DNA of 64,000 bases, taken from positions 57,040,001 through 57,104,000 of the forward strand of contig NC_043005.1 of the NCBI RefSeq assembly GCF_006345805.1. The letters run 5' to 3'. Below, one piece after another: positions 1-13,319 of the stretch. Under the pieces are notes generated by a model. It saw only the letters and a program-made list of their open reading frames with translations. It did not search any database and was not told where the DNA came from. The position numbers and the translations under genes are program-made. Each line of letters begins with the position of its first letter. The stretch's first letter is position 1. Source of the DNA: Octopus sinensis (taxonomy: Eukaryota).

Positions 1-157
1 AGGAGACTCTTTTCCAAGGTACCACACAGAAGGACTGATGGCAAAACTCTATGGTTCAGATGTGAATTTCTTGTGCATGTAGCCATGACTGTGGCTATAC
101 ACACACACACACACACACACACGTGTGTGTGTGTGTGTGTATATCATAATAAAAAAG

Positions 158-487
158 GTAAAAACCCCTCTTCAGTCATGAATGATCATGGGATAGCACC
201 TAGAAAGTTACCCTCCAAAGAACAAGTCTAGGCAAACTTGTTTATAGAAGTCTAGCTGTTGCCCATGCATACCAGCCTTCCCTCTCCATGTCACCAATGT
301 TATCCAAGAGAAAAGTAAAGGCTGATACAGCTTGGCACCAATGATGTCGCAACTCATTTCTACGGCTGAGTGAACTGGAGCAACAGGAAATAAAGTGTCT
401 TGCTCAAAACACAACACACAGCCTGGTCCAGGAATCAAACTCAATACCTCATAATTGTGAGCCTGACACTCTAACCACTGAACTATG
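158..487 (-). mobile_element. tRNA-derived SINE, family 4 (related at 20018-20160 + and 43150-43395 -)
   Basis: Minus-strand head tagttcagtggttagagtgtcagg...gagtttgattcctgg then cttgagcaagacactttatttc...gctccagt body. Confidence 0.72.
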
Positions 488-785
488 CAGATGGTGGAGT
501 TGTCAGAAATATATGTTTTGGAAACCAATCTTATTGACCTTTCATCCACCTCACAATAAATATAATTCTGAACATTGGTCTTCACATGATAACTACTAAG
601 AATAACTAAATTCAATTACTGTTTTATAATATATTTTATTTATTAACAGAAAACACTAAGGTTAATTAAACTGATATAATTGCCATTTATATTATATTTT
701 ACAAGCATTGTTTACACGTGATGACTCCAAAGATTAATTACTGTTTTATAGTATAACTGACTTAATTACCATTTTTATAATATAT

Positions 786-885
<100 letters not shown>

Positions 886-2119
886 TAATGAGAGCTGCTA
901 TCTATCACAATAGATATATTATATGTGTGTGTCTAAAATGCTTACATTGTCTGTTCTGTTTTGTATCAGAGGTAAAAGTCAGCATGGTTGGCTATTCATT
1001 GCAAACAAGTCCGGCAAGTTTACCTATGCATACATAGATGCATACATACATACATGCACACAAACATACATACATACATACATACATACCCATATACACA
1101 TGCACACACAGATATACATGTATACCTGTGTGTGCATGATTGTATGTTTGTGACTCCCCATCATGTAGACATTGTTTACGAGGTCTGTGTAGGCAATATC
1201 ATCATTTAGATGGTGTCTTTGTTTACGTCTGTCACACAAGCATGTCCAGCCATTGAGCTATTCAAAATAGTTATGTTACTTGGAAACAAGTAAAGGTTGG
1301 CAACAGGAAGGGTGTTTGACTGTTAAAAAATTTTCTTAATAAATCTCATCTGGAAAAGTGAATGTTAAAACAGATGATTTGTGTGGTGACGATGTATTTC
1401 TTTAGCATGCTATATGTTGAGTAAACTACCAAAACGAAATGCAACAAAGATATGTTCCTACATATTCTTTTACTTGTTTCTGCCATACTGGGGTACCACC
1501 TTGAAGGGTTGTATATTAATTGATCAGATTGCCCCTCCTCTCTTTTGTTTTTTAAGTCTGGTACTTAATCTTACTTCTTTATTGCCCACACGGGGCTAAA
1601 CATAGAGGGGACAAACAAGGGCATACTATACATCTATAACACTATAACATCTATTTCTGAAATATTCATCACATTATGCTGTGTGTGTTCTTTACTTTTG
1701 AATATCCCGACGGCATTCAAAATGAACTTATAAGCCAGTATACATTCATATCAAGTTGAGTAAAAAGTAATGTTTCGAACCATGAAGAATTTGTACCGAA
1801 TTTTTACAGAGCTGGCAAAACATTAGCACACCAGGTGAAATGCTTAGTGGTATTTCGTCTGCCGCTATGTTCTGAGTTCAAATTCCATCAAGGTCGACTT
1901 AACCTTTCATCCTTTCGGGGTCGATTAAATAAGTACCAGTTTTGCACCAAGGTCGATGTAATCGACTTAATCCCTTTGTCTGGTAATTAATCTGTTTGTG
2001 TCTTTCAGCAGACCTACTAAGTTATGAGCATGGCAGCAATGCAACAACCTATTGTCAGGCAATGAGAGATGAACACAAAGAAGCACAAACATAGACACGC
2101 ACACACACACACACGCACG

Positions 2120-2160
<41 letters not shown>

Positions 2161-3067
2161 CTAAACAGTTTTTATGTCTATCAAATTTCACTCAGAGGAC
2201 AGGATATTGGTCAGCCAAGTACTTTAGCTGTAGAAAACACATACCCAAAGTGCAGTGCAGTTTGACTGAACTGAACCTGCAACTATGTGGTTATGAAGCA
2301 AACTCTCTAACCCCTCAGCTATGCTTGCACCAACAGTTATATTGTAACATAGTTTCTCTCATGGTGGCTGTAATAGACAATTGTGTAAAATAGTTACAAA
2401 TATCGAACACCTTATTTTGTTGCTGGTTTTGGTCAGTGCATTCTGACCATGCTGGAGCACCATCCTTTAGCAATCATATTACTTAGTCAAATATAATGCT
2501 TATTTATTTATGTTGTTTTAAATTAATCATGCATTATCTTCTATCTTCAAAATTTATGAAGTATTTATCACATTACACTGTGTGCATTCCTTACTTTGGG
2601 ATGTCCCTGTGACATTCAAAATGAACTTATCGTGAGCCAGCACAAATTTAAATAAGTATTATTACCGCTATTGATAATATTAATAATGATAATAATGAGG
2701 TGGCTAACAAGTTAAAATATTAACTAAATTCAAATTCAATAGGGTATTTAAATACCACTTGCTCTAAATGGAGCCATCACTCCACAACTACCAATTGCTC
2801 ACTATTAAAATACACATGGCCAATGCAATAAAGATAACAGAAACAGGCTTACCTTGCGTGGAATACAGAAGTAAGGAATGTGTATATTTCAGGATCAATT
2901 GATTTTGCTTCTTGTATGAAAAATCATACTTTAAACTCATCAGCTGAAAGCAACACTATAACATCTATTTCTGATATATTCATCACATTACTCTGTGTGC
3001 ATTCTTTACTTTTGAATGTCCCCACAGCATTCAGAATGAACTTATCATGAGCCAGTATACATACATA

Positions 3068-4316
3068 TCAAGTTGAGTAAAAAGTAATGTTTTGAACTAT
3101 GAAGAATTTGTACCGGATTTTTGCAGAGTTTTGAATTTTTTGAAACATTTTTTTTGCAATTGTCTGATAATATAGACATAGACCTGCCCAAATGCATCTA
3201 TAAATTAACATTGATGTTTTTTTCACCATTGTTTCAATCATCTGAAATAGGACTGTCAAAGTGATATACTCAAGCAATTTTGCTATTCAGCTTCAAAAAA
3301 GGACGTAAAGCAGCTGAAACTGCATGCGATATCAATGAAACATTTGGTGAGGAAATAACCAGTGAGTGGTCAGCTCAAAAATGGTTTAAACGATTTCACA
3401 GTGGAGACCTGAGCCTTGAAGATCGTGAGCATAGTGGACGCTCGTCTGTCATTGATGACAGTCAATTAAAGCCTGTCATTGAGAAAGATCTATATACTAT
3501 ATGAAACCACTTGAGAACTGGCAAAAGAACTTCAAGTTAGCCAGAAAACTGCCTGCAACCATTTGCATGTGATTGGAAAATCAAAAAATGCTTGACAAAT
3601 GGGTACCACATGATTTGAATGAAAATCAGAAACTGTGCAGATATGAAATTTGCTCATTGCTTCTTCTCCATAACCATTTCTTGACCATATTGTAACTTGC
3701 AATGAAAAGTGGATTCTGTACAATAATAAAAAGCATTCTTTGCAGTGGTTGGACCAAAATGAAGCACCAAAAACTTTTCCTAAAACTGAGCTCTTCAAAA
3801 ATAAAGGTTATGGTGACTGTTTGGCGGTGTACTGCTGAACTCATCCACTATAACTTCTTAAGATCTGGAAAAACGATTACTGCAAAGACATATTGCCATG
3901 AAATTGCCAAAATGAATGAAAAATTGCTACTCCTCCATCCCAGACTTGCCAACAGAAGAGGGCCAATCATTCTCTATGACAATGTTTGACCACACATTTC
4001 ACTAATGATGCTGCAGAAATTGAGGGAACTTGGCTACGAAGTTCTTCCCCACCCAGCTTATTCCCCAGACCTTTCTACTGACTACCGCTTTTTCAAGCAC
4101 CTTGATGGTTTCCTGCCAGAGGAGTTAAAAGTGCATTCAAAGAGTTCATCAGCTCCAGAACTCCAAATTTTTGTGTTACCAGAATAAACACACTCGTTGG
4201 CAAAAATGTGTTGATTGTAATGATACTTATTTTGATGAATAAAATTTCTGCATTGTTGAAATATGTTGTGATAAATTTCATGTTTCAAAACATTGCTTAC
4301 TTTTTACACAACCTGA
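3068..4316 (+). mobile_element. Full-length defective mariner (Hsmar1/cecropia-like)
   Basis: TIRs tcaagttgagtaaaaagtaa / ttactttttacacaacctga flanked by TA; about 1.25 kb; broken transposase with WFKRF, WVPHDL and HPAYSPDLS motifs, stops and frameshifts. Confidence 0.92.
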
Positions 4317-4411
4317 TATGTTTCTGATGAAGAGCTCCGCATCCAATAATACTATATTTGTTCCACGTCCTCGCGTTGTTGTATTTTCTCTTGGTGTTTT
4401 CATGTTTGGAT

Positions 4412-4459
<48 letters not shown>

Positions 4460-5042
4460 AGACTTGGCAATGACGCCCTAGTTTTGCGCCACTTCTGCTC
4501 TACTGGTCCTTCACTACAACATCTGTCTGTGATTGGACTGTCTTTGCACAGAAGCCATCCACACTCCTGCCTTCGCCATGGACAGGATTTAATCTTCTCT
4601 TTTTGCTCCTTTTCACCAACTCCCCTCCTGTCTTCAGTTGGCCTCCCCTCTTCATTACCTCCTCTCAAAATTTTTTCTGGTATATTTAAAAAATATTTTA
4701 AAGTGAAAATGACTTTAAAAATTTGGTAAATATTTCATAAAAGACCTGTTTTAACCTCGGTGTGAAAGCTTTTTTCCATAGGGTTTTTTTGAGTACATTC
4801 GACATATCTCACCGCCAAAGCAACTATTTATTTATTTGTTTTTTATGTGTTATATATTTATATATTTTTTTCTGTGTTAATTGTTAACAAGAGAGTGTCT
4901 GTGTGGTAAGTAGCTTGCTCACCAACCACATGGTTCCGGGTTCAGTCCCACTGCTTGGCATCTTCGGCAAGTGTCTTCTACTATAGCCTCGGGCCAACCA
5001 AAGCCTTGTGAGCAGATTTTGTAGACAGAAACTGAAAGAAGC

Positions 5043-5084
<42 letters not shown>

Positions 5085-5280
5085 GCACGGACTTTGTCAG
5101 TGAACAGGTTGTGGATTTTAGCGAAGAAAATATTTTGACAAATTAAACTTAAATGTTGAAGTGAATCGAACGGCTTTTGTGTGTTTCTTAAATGGCTTAT
5201 AAACACCTTCCACGCTGCAATTGTTTTCGTTTCAGCACATGATCTCAGATCAAATTACTTGCTATGCGAGTACATCTCCG

Positions 5281-5330
<50 letters not shown>

Positions 5331-5772
5331 ATGTGTATATGTTTGTGTGTCTGTGTTTGTCTCCCAACATCGCTTAACAACCGATGTTGGTGTGTTTACA
5401 TCCCTGTAACTTAGCGGTTTGGCAAAAGAGACCGATAGAATAAGTACTAGGCTTACAAAGAATAAGTCCTGGGGTTGATTTGCTCGACTAAAGCTAGTGC
5501 CCCAGCATGGCCACAGTCAAATGACTGAAACAAGTTGACCCCTACATTTGTTTGTTTGTGTCCAAGTGACTTAATGGTTTGTTAAAAGAGACTAACATAG
5601 TAAGAACCAGATTTTAAAAGATATGCACTTGGATTGATTTGTTTGGCTAAACCATTCAAGGTGGTGCCCCAGCATGGACACAGTCCTATGACTGCAACAG
5701 GTAAAAGATTAAAGATACATTGCTAAATGTATGTATGCCAAATTTTGCATGCGTGTGCACGCGCACTCGCAT

Positions 5773-5836
<64 letters not shown>

Positions 5837-5997
5837 ACCCACATACATATTTTGACACTTTAATAAGTGCTATACATGGAATTCTTGACCTTCAAAATTT
5901 TATAATTACTTTATAATTTTTGTCAATTAAAAATATATTTATCCTGCTTTTATATTGGCAAACCTATATATATATATGTGTGTGTTGTGTGTGTGTA

Positions 5998-6868
5998 TGG
6001 TCTGATCAGTAAGTATCCGGACTGTTGCCATAGTAACGAAGCTAAAGCATGCAGAGTGAAGCTGCTTGGCACAGATTGACCTTGATCTCTGCTGTGCATG
6101 TGCACTAAGTTTTAATATTCTTGCTCACTTCCACTGTTTATAACAGTGCTTGGAAATAACGTGTGTAGCGTGTAATTGTTGCACTGAGCATGACAGAGAA
6201 AGTTGAGCAGAGAATCAGACATCAAATTTTTCCAAAAGCTTGGTGATATCTGCTCTGAGGCTTACACAAAGTTTTCAAAAAGCTTTTATCGTTCTCTACA
6301 CAATCAAGGAGATTTTATGCAACTGAAACCTGAAAGCAGTTTTGGTACAAACTTGGCAGATGTGCATCTCATACTGAAATCTTCAGTGATAATGGTTTGA
6401 ACTGAACTGTAACTAATCTGTACATCTTCTGATAACTCACGAATGGTAATTCAACGATTTCTCCTCACAGCTGCCTGCACATCTGCAACGTTTTTGTCAG
6501 TTCTACTGGTTGCGAGTCTCCCAGAACGTTCGTCACTCTCAACATTTTTTCGGCCCTCTTGGAAACGTCTGAACCACTCGTATACTTGTGTGCAGCTTAT
6601 ATACTCCTCTCCATGCACTTTCTGCAACTTTGCATTGGTCTCTGATCAGGTATCACTATGACAAGTTTCTCTATCATGGTCAATCTGACGATCACACGCT
6701 ACACGTGTTCCTTCCAAGCACTGCTGTAAACAGTGGAAGTGAGCTAGAATGTTAAAACTTAGTGTGTATGCACAGCAGAGTCCGAGGTCAATCTGTGCCA
6801 AGCAACTTCACTCTGCATGCTTCAGCTTCATTACTATGGCAACAGTCCAGATACTTATTGAGATCTCG
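5998..6868. mobile_element. Rearranged non-autonomous mariner made of two inverted 5' ends
   Basis: About 200 bp inverted arms ending in TA; transposase N-terminus on + (MTEKVEQRI...) and on - (YEWFRRFQEGR...AKFVPKLL). Confidence 0.8.
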
Positions 6869-7038
6869 TACATATATATATATTTATCATTGTTTTATGC
6901 CTGCTTACTGTACTAGCACAGGTAGGTCTGGTTGTGACAGCCCAAGTTAATTCATATTTGGAGATAATTCTCTCCTAGATGAGTCATAAGAATGAGTCTC
7001 TTCCATACCTTTCATTTATTTTAAGAGTGCACGCATGC

Positions 7039-7086
<48 letters not shown>

Positions 7087-7593
7087 AGTAGTACTAGAAT
7101 TTCCATGTGGCAGGCTTCATAATTGTTAAGACATTCCTCTCAATGTGAAACAATCGGTAACCTTGTTAACCCATAAATAAAGAATATTTATTCACCACTT
7201 CAGTCTTGAGTACGCATTCCCACTGTTTGATATTAGCATATACACACACATACAAAGTAGTGGGGTTTAGTTCACAGGTGACCTAAACGGTTAGGTACGA
7301 TAGGTAAGTGCTGTAATGGATTACTAAGACTCCAAGATTATAGCTGTGATGGTAGTTATGGAGCCATTGCAGATTTCTGATGCAGCGGATGTATAATTGT
7401 TAAGGAGGACAGCAAACATTAAGGCAAGGCAAACATCTCAAGTCGTATACAATATTATTATAGGAAGAAATTCAAAATCTTTTCTGGGATATCCTAGAAA
7501 CAGCTGTAAGACTTTGAATTTCTTCCTATAATAATATTGCATACGACTTGAGATGTTTGCCTTGCCTTAATGTTTGCTGTCCTGTTTAACAAT

Positions 7594-7624
<31 letters not shown>

Positions 7625-7803
7625 ATAGGGGAGAATTCACAAAAAAATAAAAAGACGAAGACAGGTGGTGTAGACAACAAACAGATGTATTAGTTTAAAG
7701 TTCGGGAAGTGAAAAAGTCTTAACGTTTCGAGCCTAGGCTCTTCCCCAGAAAGGAACACAGAAAGAAAATAAAGAATGTGTAGTAGCTAGTGATCTATCA
7801 TGG

Positions 7804-7856
<53 letters not shown>

Positions 7857-8304
7857 GGTTTGGAGATGATGTATAGGTATTTTATATTAGAAGAAATGAG
7901 GTACTCAGAAATTCGGATGGTTTTATATTTACATATATTTATTTGTATATTACATGTTTTTATACATCTTATAACTTATATCATATTATTGCTTTCGTCC
8001 ATTCTGGTGGATTTTTCAAATTGAACTGTTCAATTTGAAAAATATGTACATATATTTCTTATAAAATATATATATACTAAATTATGTCACAACATAGTGA
8101 TTAACCCTTTCCTCTTGTTTTCATTTGTTCACTTGTTTGTTAATATTCAATAAAATATTCATCTAATCATACGATTAGACAAGAGCAGACTTCATATCAT
8201 ATGTAGTCCTATTTGTTGATATCGTTTCACAGATTTGTTGACATTTTTCTTTTTCTATCTGAATTCACCTTTTATTTAAAGCTTTAAATGTTTTGTCTTT
8301 CCAG

Positions 8305-8468
8305 AATCTTCCGTTCATGAAATCCATGACAGCAGTGGCTTCATGGATGCATTAACCAGTGCTGGTCCAACAACAGGGTTATTTCGGCGAAAAAAGAAAG
8401 TACCTCCAGTTGCTAGCAAAACTAGTCAACCATCGGGAGTTGGGCAAAAACTACCCCAACCTCCTTGT
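8305..8468 (+). CDS. PPP1R10: PNUTS/PPP1R10 internal coding exon (first one visible)
   Basis: ttccag acceptor, GTAAGT donor at 8469; encodes SSVHEIHDSSGFMDALTSAGPTTGLFRRKKKVPP..., resembling the vertebrate PNUTS GFLDALNSAP...KKKKK segment; frame joins the next exon. Confidence 0.85.
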
Positions 8469-9544
8469 GTAAGTATTTCTTGTAATTATGTCATCGCCCT
8501 CATTTTTCTTCTGCTTTCCATGCTGGCATGGGTTGGACAGGTCATCACAGTCTGAATTAGTTCTTGTTTGGAGTTTGTGGAACCATGCCTCTCTCATCCA
8601 TTTGTTTTTAGTTTTCTACATGGTTTCTACAGCTTGGTGTCCTTCCTAATACTAAACACTTTACAGAGCGTACTGGACTTTTTTTGTGGCACCAGTGTTA
8701 TATGTTCATGTGTGTAACGTGTTTTTTCCCCTGCTAGTATGAGTTAGAGAGGAAGTTATTTGAAACTGGATTTTACACCTGAATGCTCTCGCTTCTTGTA
8801 GCCAGCCCTTATTGGTTTTCCAAGTACGCGATTATCCTCAAACTAAATCCCAAAGGTTCAGTTTCATTTGAGGACCAGAAATTTCTTCAATTCCAAGCAA
8901 TTGTCTGTTGATAGTCTACAAGACACAAATCTTCCTTCACATTGACATATTGTTCTCATAGTTGCTCCTGCTGTTACCTACCATGCCTCAATATTATAGA
9001 ATGTGTTGAATGAAGGGCTATCAGCTTGGCTAAGATCCATTCATTGACACACTAGAACTGCACCAATGTATTATAAGCCTTCATCTCTTGTAACTCTACT
9101 GTAACAGTTTCTACTCCTCTTTACTAGTGTGTACCTCCTTCATCGATATAAGCACAAAATGATATCTTTTAAATTCTTGTAGTGTTTTCTTTATGTAAAT
9201 CTCCCAATTTTGTAAAAAACTGGAAAGTTGATGAAAATACAGTTAGTCCAATATAGAAAGATGCATAAATTTGGACAAAACTTGGAGTCTCCCCACATCC
9301 TCATCTAGCTACCTACTTTTTCCCTCCGATGCTTCCTGTCATCTTCACCATTCAACCTTTAAATTTCCCTGCATTATGATTTGAAATGTTAGATTTTTAT
9401 CTTTCCACCCAGGAGATAGAGGCCAGGTTTATCCAATTTTTGCTTCCATCACTGGTTGCATATTTTTTGTGAACTACATCTGCCAGCATTATGAAGTAAC
9501 TCCAAGTCCCCAGAAACAGCTGTTGGATATGTAACACCAAACAT

Positions 9545-10467
9545 TCTCATGAAACAAGACCTCTTTCATCAGTTTTCCAGGGCATGTAGTTTTGATGGTC
9601 TTTTGTAACTGCCTGAGCAAGTTGGTGTAGTACTCTCCATGGTACTATGGCCCTTTTGAAGGTAGTCAATAAACACAGTGCCTTTTGTATCTCCAAAAAA
9701 CTAAGGCCATCACCTTCTACACATGGAATGACCTTGGCCTTTTTTGGAGTAGGTGAGGAGGGATGTTTCCACTGCATGCACTGCCTCTTTGTCTCTCACT
9801 CAAAGTGATGAACCCAACATGCATCCTAGGTTAGGAAACATTCAAGGAAACCAGCTGGACCTGCCTCAGACAATGTCAGACTTTCCTGTGATGTGATCAG
9901 CTTTGTGTGCCATTGATCAGGTATCAGAGGACATGGCACCCACTGATTAGAAACCTTCATCATGCCAAGTTCGTTGTGCAGAATATTCTCAACTCTCTCA
10001 CAGGATATGCTAATAGCATTGGCTATTTGACTTATAGTCAATCACCTGTCATCCATCTGCATGTGTAGAACCTGACCACTGTTTTCTCTTGATGGTGCCA
10101 GTTGCAGGATATACAGACCTTGGGTCATCCTTGAAACTTTCTATTCCCCGTTAGATTCAGCTGCTCACTTTTACACTGTTAATAAAGCTGGAGTATCATC
10201 CTGCAATGTAGCAACCATGTCAGCATGAATGTCCTTAGGGGCCAATCCCTTTTCCTGCAAGTACTTGATAACATTACAGTGCCAAATTTTGTTGATTTTC
10301 AAGAGAAGTCGTTACTAGTTACTTTTGAACTTTCGAAGAATTCTTTGAACAGTCATATGAAACAATGCAGTTATTTAATAAGATGAGTTGAAATTGATGC
10401 ATGCATGATTTCACAGGTCTAGCATCACTCTCTCATTGTCAGCTTATGAACTTTTCAGCTCGCCCTT
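9545..10467 (-). mobile_element. 3'-truncated mariner (irritans/Himar-like)
   Basis: Minus-strand fragments ...LHNELGMMKVSNQWVP..., MQWKHPSSPTPKKAKV; left TIR caagggcgagctgaaaagttca near 10467. Confidence 0.85.
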
Positions 10468-10644
10468 GTGTGTGTGTGATCAGTATCATTTTTATGTCCT
10501 TCTTTCCTGGATTTGATCAGTCTTTTCAAGTTCAGCTACTCACCACTTCTGATCCATTGTCTTCTCTTTTGAGAAGAGCAGCTTTCTGAGATCAGGTTTC
10601 ATTACTTCATCCCACTTCTCTATCTGCCTCTCTCTCTGCTCTCC

Positions 10645-10693
<49 letters not shown>

Positions 10694-11656
10694 TTCTAAA
10701 TTTCTGAACGAGAGACATGCAGCAACAGTACTATAGAGTAAAGTTTATTTGCCAACGTAAAGTGGCAGTCCTGATTAGGACGAATGTTACTACTATTTAG
10801 CCCTAGGGAAACACCTTCTTCAATATATATGTATACATTGTCATAAGACAGTCCTTTGAGGGTGGGTGAAAAGGAAAAGCTAATGAAATTTCGCAGTGTA
10901 CAGTTTATACAAGGGAGATAACTTCGTGTCCTTAAAGAGCAATAGGTGTGTCCTAAATTTTACTTTTAAGACTGGTGGTGGTCATCTGACTTTTACTAGC
11001 TTCAATGCGAAATTCAGCATAGTAAATGTTAGATATAGCACACTTCATCTTTCACAAACTAACTCTCTCATTTTACCCCTCTGCCTTTCTGTGTCTCTGT
11101 CTTACACTAACTAACTCACACTCTTTCTCTATTGCTAGCTGTTTCATTGTAGTCACACTCTCTTACTAACTACCTTTCTCTAGTAGTTCTCTAATGCAAG
11201 ATGCTTTGTTCATGCTACTCTTTTGAGAAAGAACGAGTATCTCTAACTTACACCCTCTATTTTTTTTATACACTGGTATGTAAGCCAATGAAAGAGCTTC
11301 CCTCATTCCCCTGACTGTTGTTATTTGACCTTCTAGAAATAGCAGCCAAAATTCATTTGCAAAAAGAAAATGGGTACAACACCTTGGAAAATTTAGTTCT
11401 ACATATATTGTCTAAAAAATGGATGGCTGTAATTCTGTTGGTCATTAGCATATTTGATGAAGACCGACTTGGTACTAAACAGCAATACTTTGAATCCTGA
11501 GCTAAATTTTACAAAATCATCTGAAAATTTATAAACCAGTCACAGTGGGGTGGGCGCTAAATGAAGAAAATAAGAAAATAAATATTTTCCTTCTTGTATG
11601 TATTCTTATTTTTTTAATGGAAATTTTTGGATCTTTTTGTTTTATTCTTTCTGTAG

Positions 11657-11768
11657 TTTTATCGTGAAACATTGGAGACAACAGAAGATGTGAAAGCTGA
11701 GTCAGAGAGTTCTCCGAGTGAAGAGAAAAATGGTGATTCCAATAATGATGTTGAAATGAAAGAAGAAG
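11657..11768 (+). CDS. PPP1R10: PNUTS/PPP1R10 coding exon (acidic linker)
   Basis: Polypyrimidine-ctgtag acceptor; FYRETLETTEDVKAESESSPSEEKNGDSNNDVEMKEE; donor G|GTGTCG is weak but phase 1 matches the next exon. Confidence 0.75.
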
Positions 11769-12528
11769 GTGTCGATTCTGTTTCTTTAAATATCTTGTTT
11801 ACTATTTTCTTCTATGTCTTTCTCATGTCTCCTTTTTTCACTGTCTGTCTTTTTTTTCTCTCAATGTCATGTGGACAGATACCAATATCTGAGGGTCCTG
11901 AAGTTCCTTTGTAGGCTATTGTTGGACCCCTTTATAGGCTTTGTGGTATGACAAGGGCCAATCATCTTAAAAGAATTTCCCGTCTCTCTAACTGGGGCTT
12001 TTAGCAGAATGTACTGCATAGCACTCACTCAAATCAAAATTATGAGTTAACATGACAATCTATTGGTTACTACCAGTGTTGCCCTCCCAGGGATATGCAA
12101 TACTATGTTTTGCAATCTGTGTTTTAGGGTGTACAAGGGACGGCAGGTTTTAGCTATGTTTTCATATCATTAATCTCCCTTGCCTGGTAACATTCTTGGG
12201 TGAACTGAAAATTATTTATTCCCCACAATTAGGTGAACTGGAGTATCTAGAATTATCTGGCCTAGAGTTAAAATTGCTATTTGTGTTTTGAGTTCTTGGA
12301 TGGTTGTTTTAATCCATCGCCTAGTTCAACACTACCACCTGGTCCTTGGATGCTTTTGTGGAGTTCACACTACTGCAAATGATTGGGCCAGGGCTCTGGG
12401 TTTAAACATAACTACCTCCTTTACTTTTATCCGTTTTGGAGGCCCTGTAAATATAGGCATTGCTCTTTCCTTCCTGAATTTCACTTAAGCATTCTGATAC
12501 TAATAACTTGTTATCACTTCATGTTTGA

Positions 12529-12607
12529 AGCTCTGATGAAGCTAATGGGTGATATTCTAGCACTCATAAGAGTGCATTGCATCTTATAGCAGAAACAGCT
12601 GTAAGCT
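12529..12607 (+). ncRNA. Type I hammerhead ribozyme-like fold in a PNUTS intron (sense)
   Basis: AGCU / CUGAUGA / a-GCUA...UAGC-a / GAA / palindromic ACAGCUGU / A17 / AGCU; the base of stem II is an A-A mismatch. Confidence 0.65.
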
Positions 12608-13121
12608 AGTGAAGTTCATAGCATAAGTTTTTATTCCTTTGTCTTCAAATTTTGGCACCAGCCTAGTAATTTTGAAGGAACGAGTAAGTTGATTACATTG
12701 ACTCCAGTACTCAACTGGTACTTATTTTTTCAACTTCTCAGCAGGATTAAAATTTTGTTTTTTTGCATATTTGTAATCTCCAACATCTAAAATGTAGGAA
12801 TCTGAAAAAAACTTTTCCAAAAAATGCACTTTTCAAGGAGAGTTGCGAAACTGTATTAGCCCCTCCTCTTCTCTTTTTGTTCCTTGTCCTACTCTCCTTC
12901 CATTTATTCTGCTTGTTTTCTCCTCTCTCTATATGTTTCTCAGTCTGTTTCTGTCTCTCTGTCTCTCTCACTGCCTACCTCTAACATCTACCTCTCTTTT
13001 ACTCTTCTCTCACTATATATATACCTTTCTTCCTTCCTCCCTTCCCTATCTATCCTCTCTCTCTCTCTACTTTCTATCCATCCCATTCTTCCTATCTAAC
13101 ATGTCTGTCTTATATTTTAAG

Positions 13122-13319
13122 TAAACGAAGAGTCACCATCCAGTCGAGATGGAATCAGCGGAGAACAACCAGAAAACTCCAATGATAGCAGTTCAGCAGT
13201 GCAGGCAGCTTTAGTTCGTCGCAAGCCAAAGAAGAGTGTGACGTGGGCGGATGATGGGAAGAATGACGAAACACACCTGCGACAGATATTTTATTTTGAG
13301 CTGGATGAGACAGAGCGAG
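13122..13319 (+). CDS. PPP1R10: PNUTS/PPP1R10 exon with PP1-docking RVxF motif
   Basis: Encodes ...[34 protein letters not shown]; KSVTW and [10 protein letters not shown] are PNUTS signatures; GTAAGC donor. Confidence 0.95.

Noticed and set aside
10755-10795. Hairpin gtcct-gatt-aggac followed by GAA, hammerhead-like
   Set aside because: Upstream core (GTGGCA) lacks A6 and there is no credible stem III; not supportable without a family consensus.
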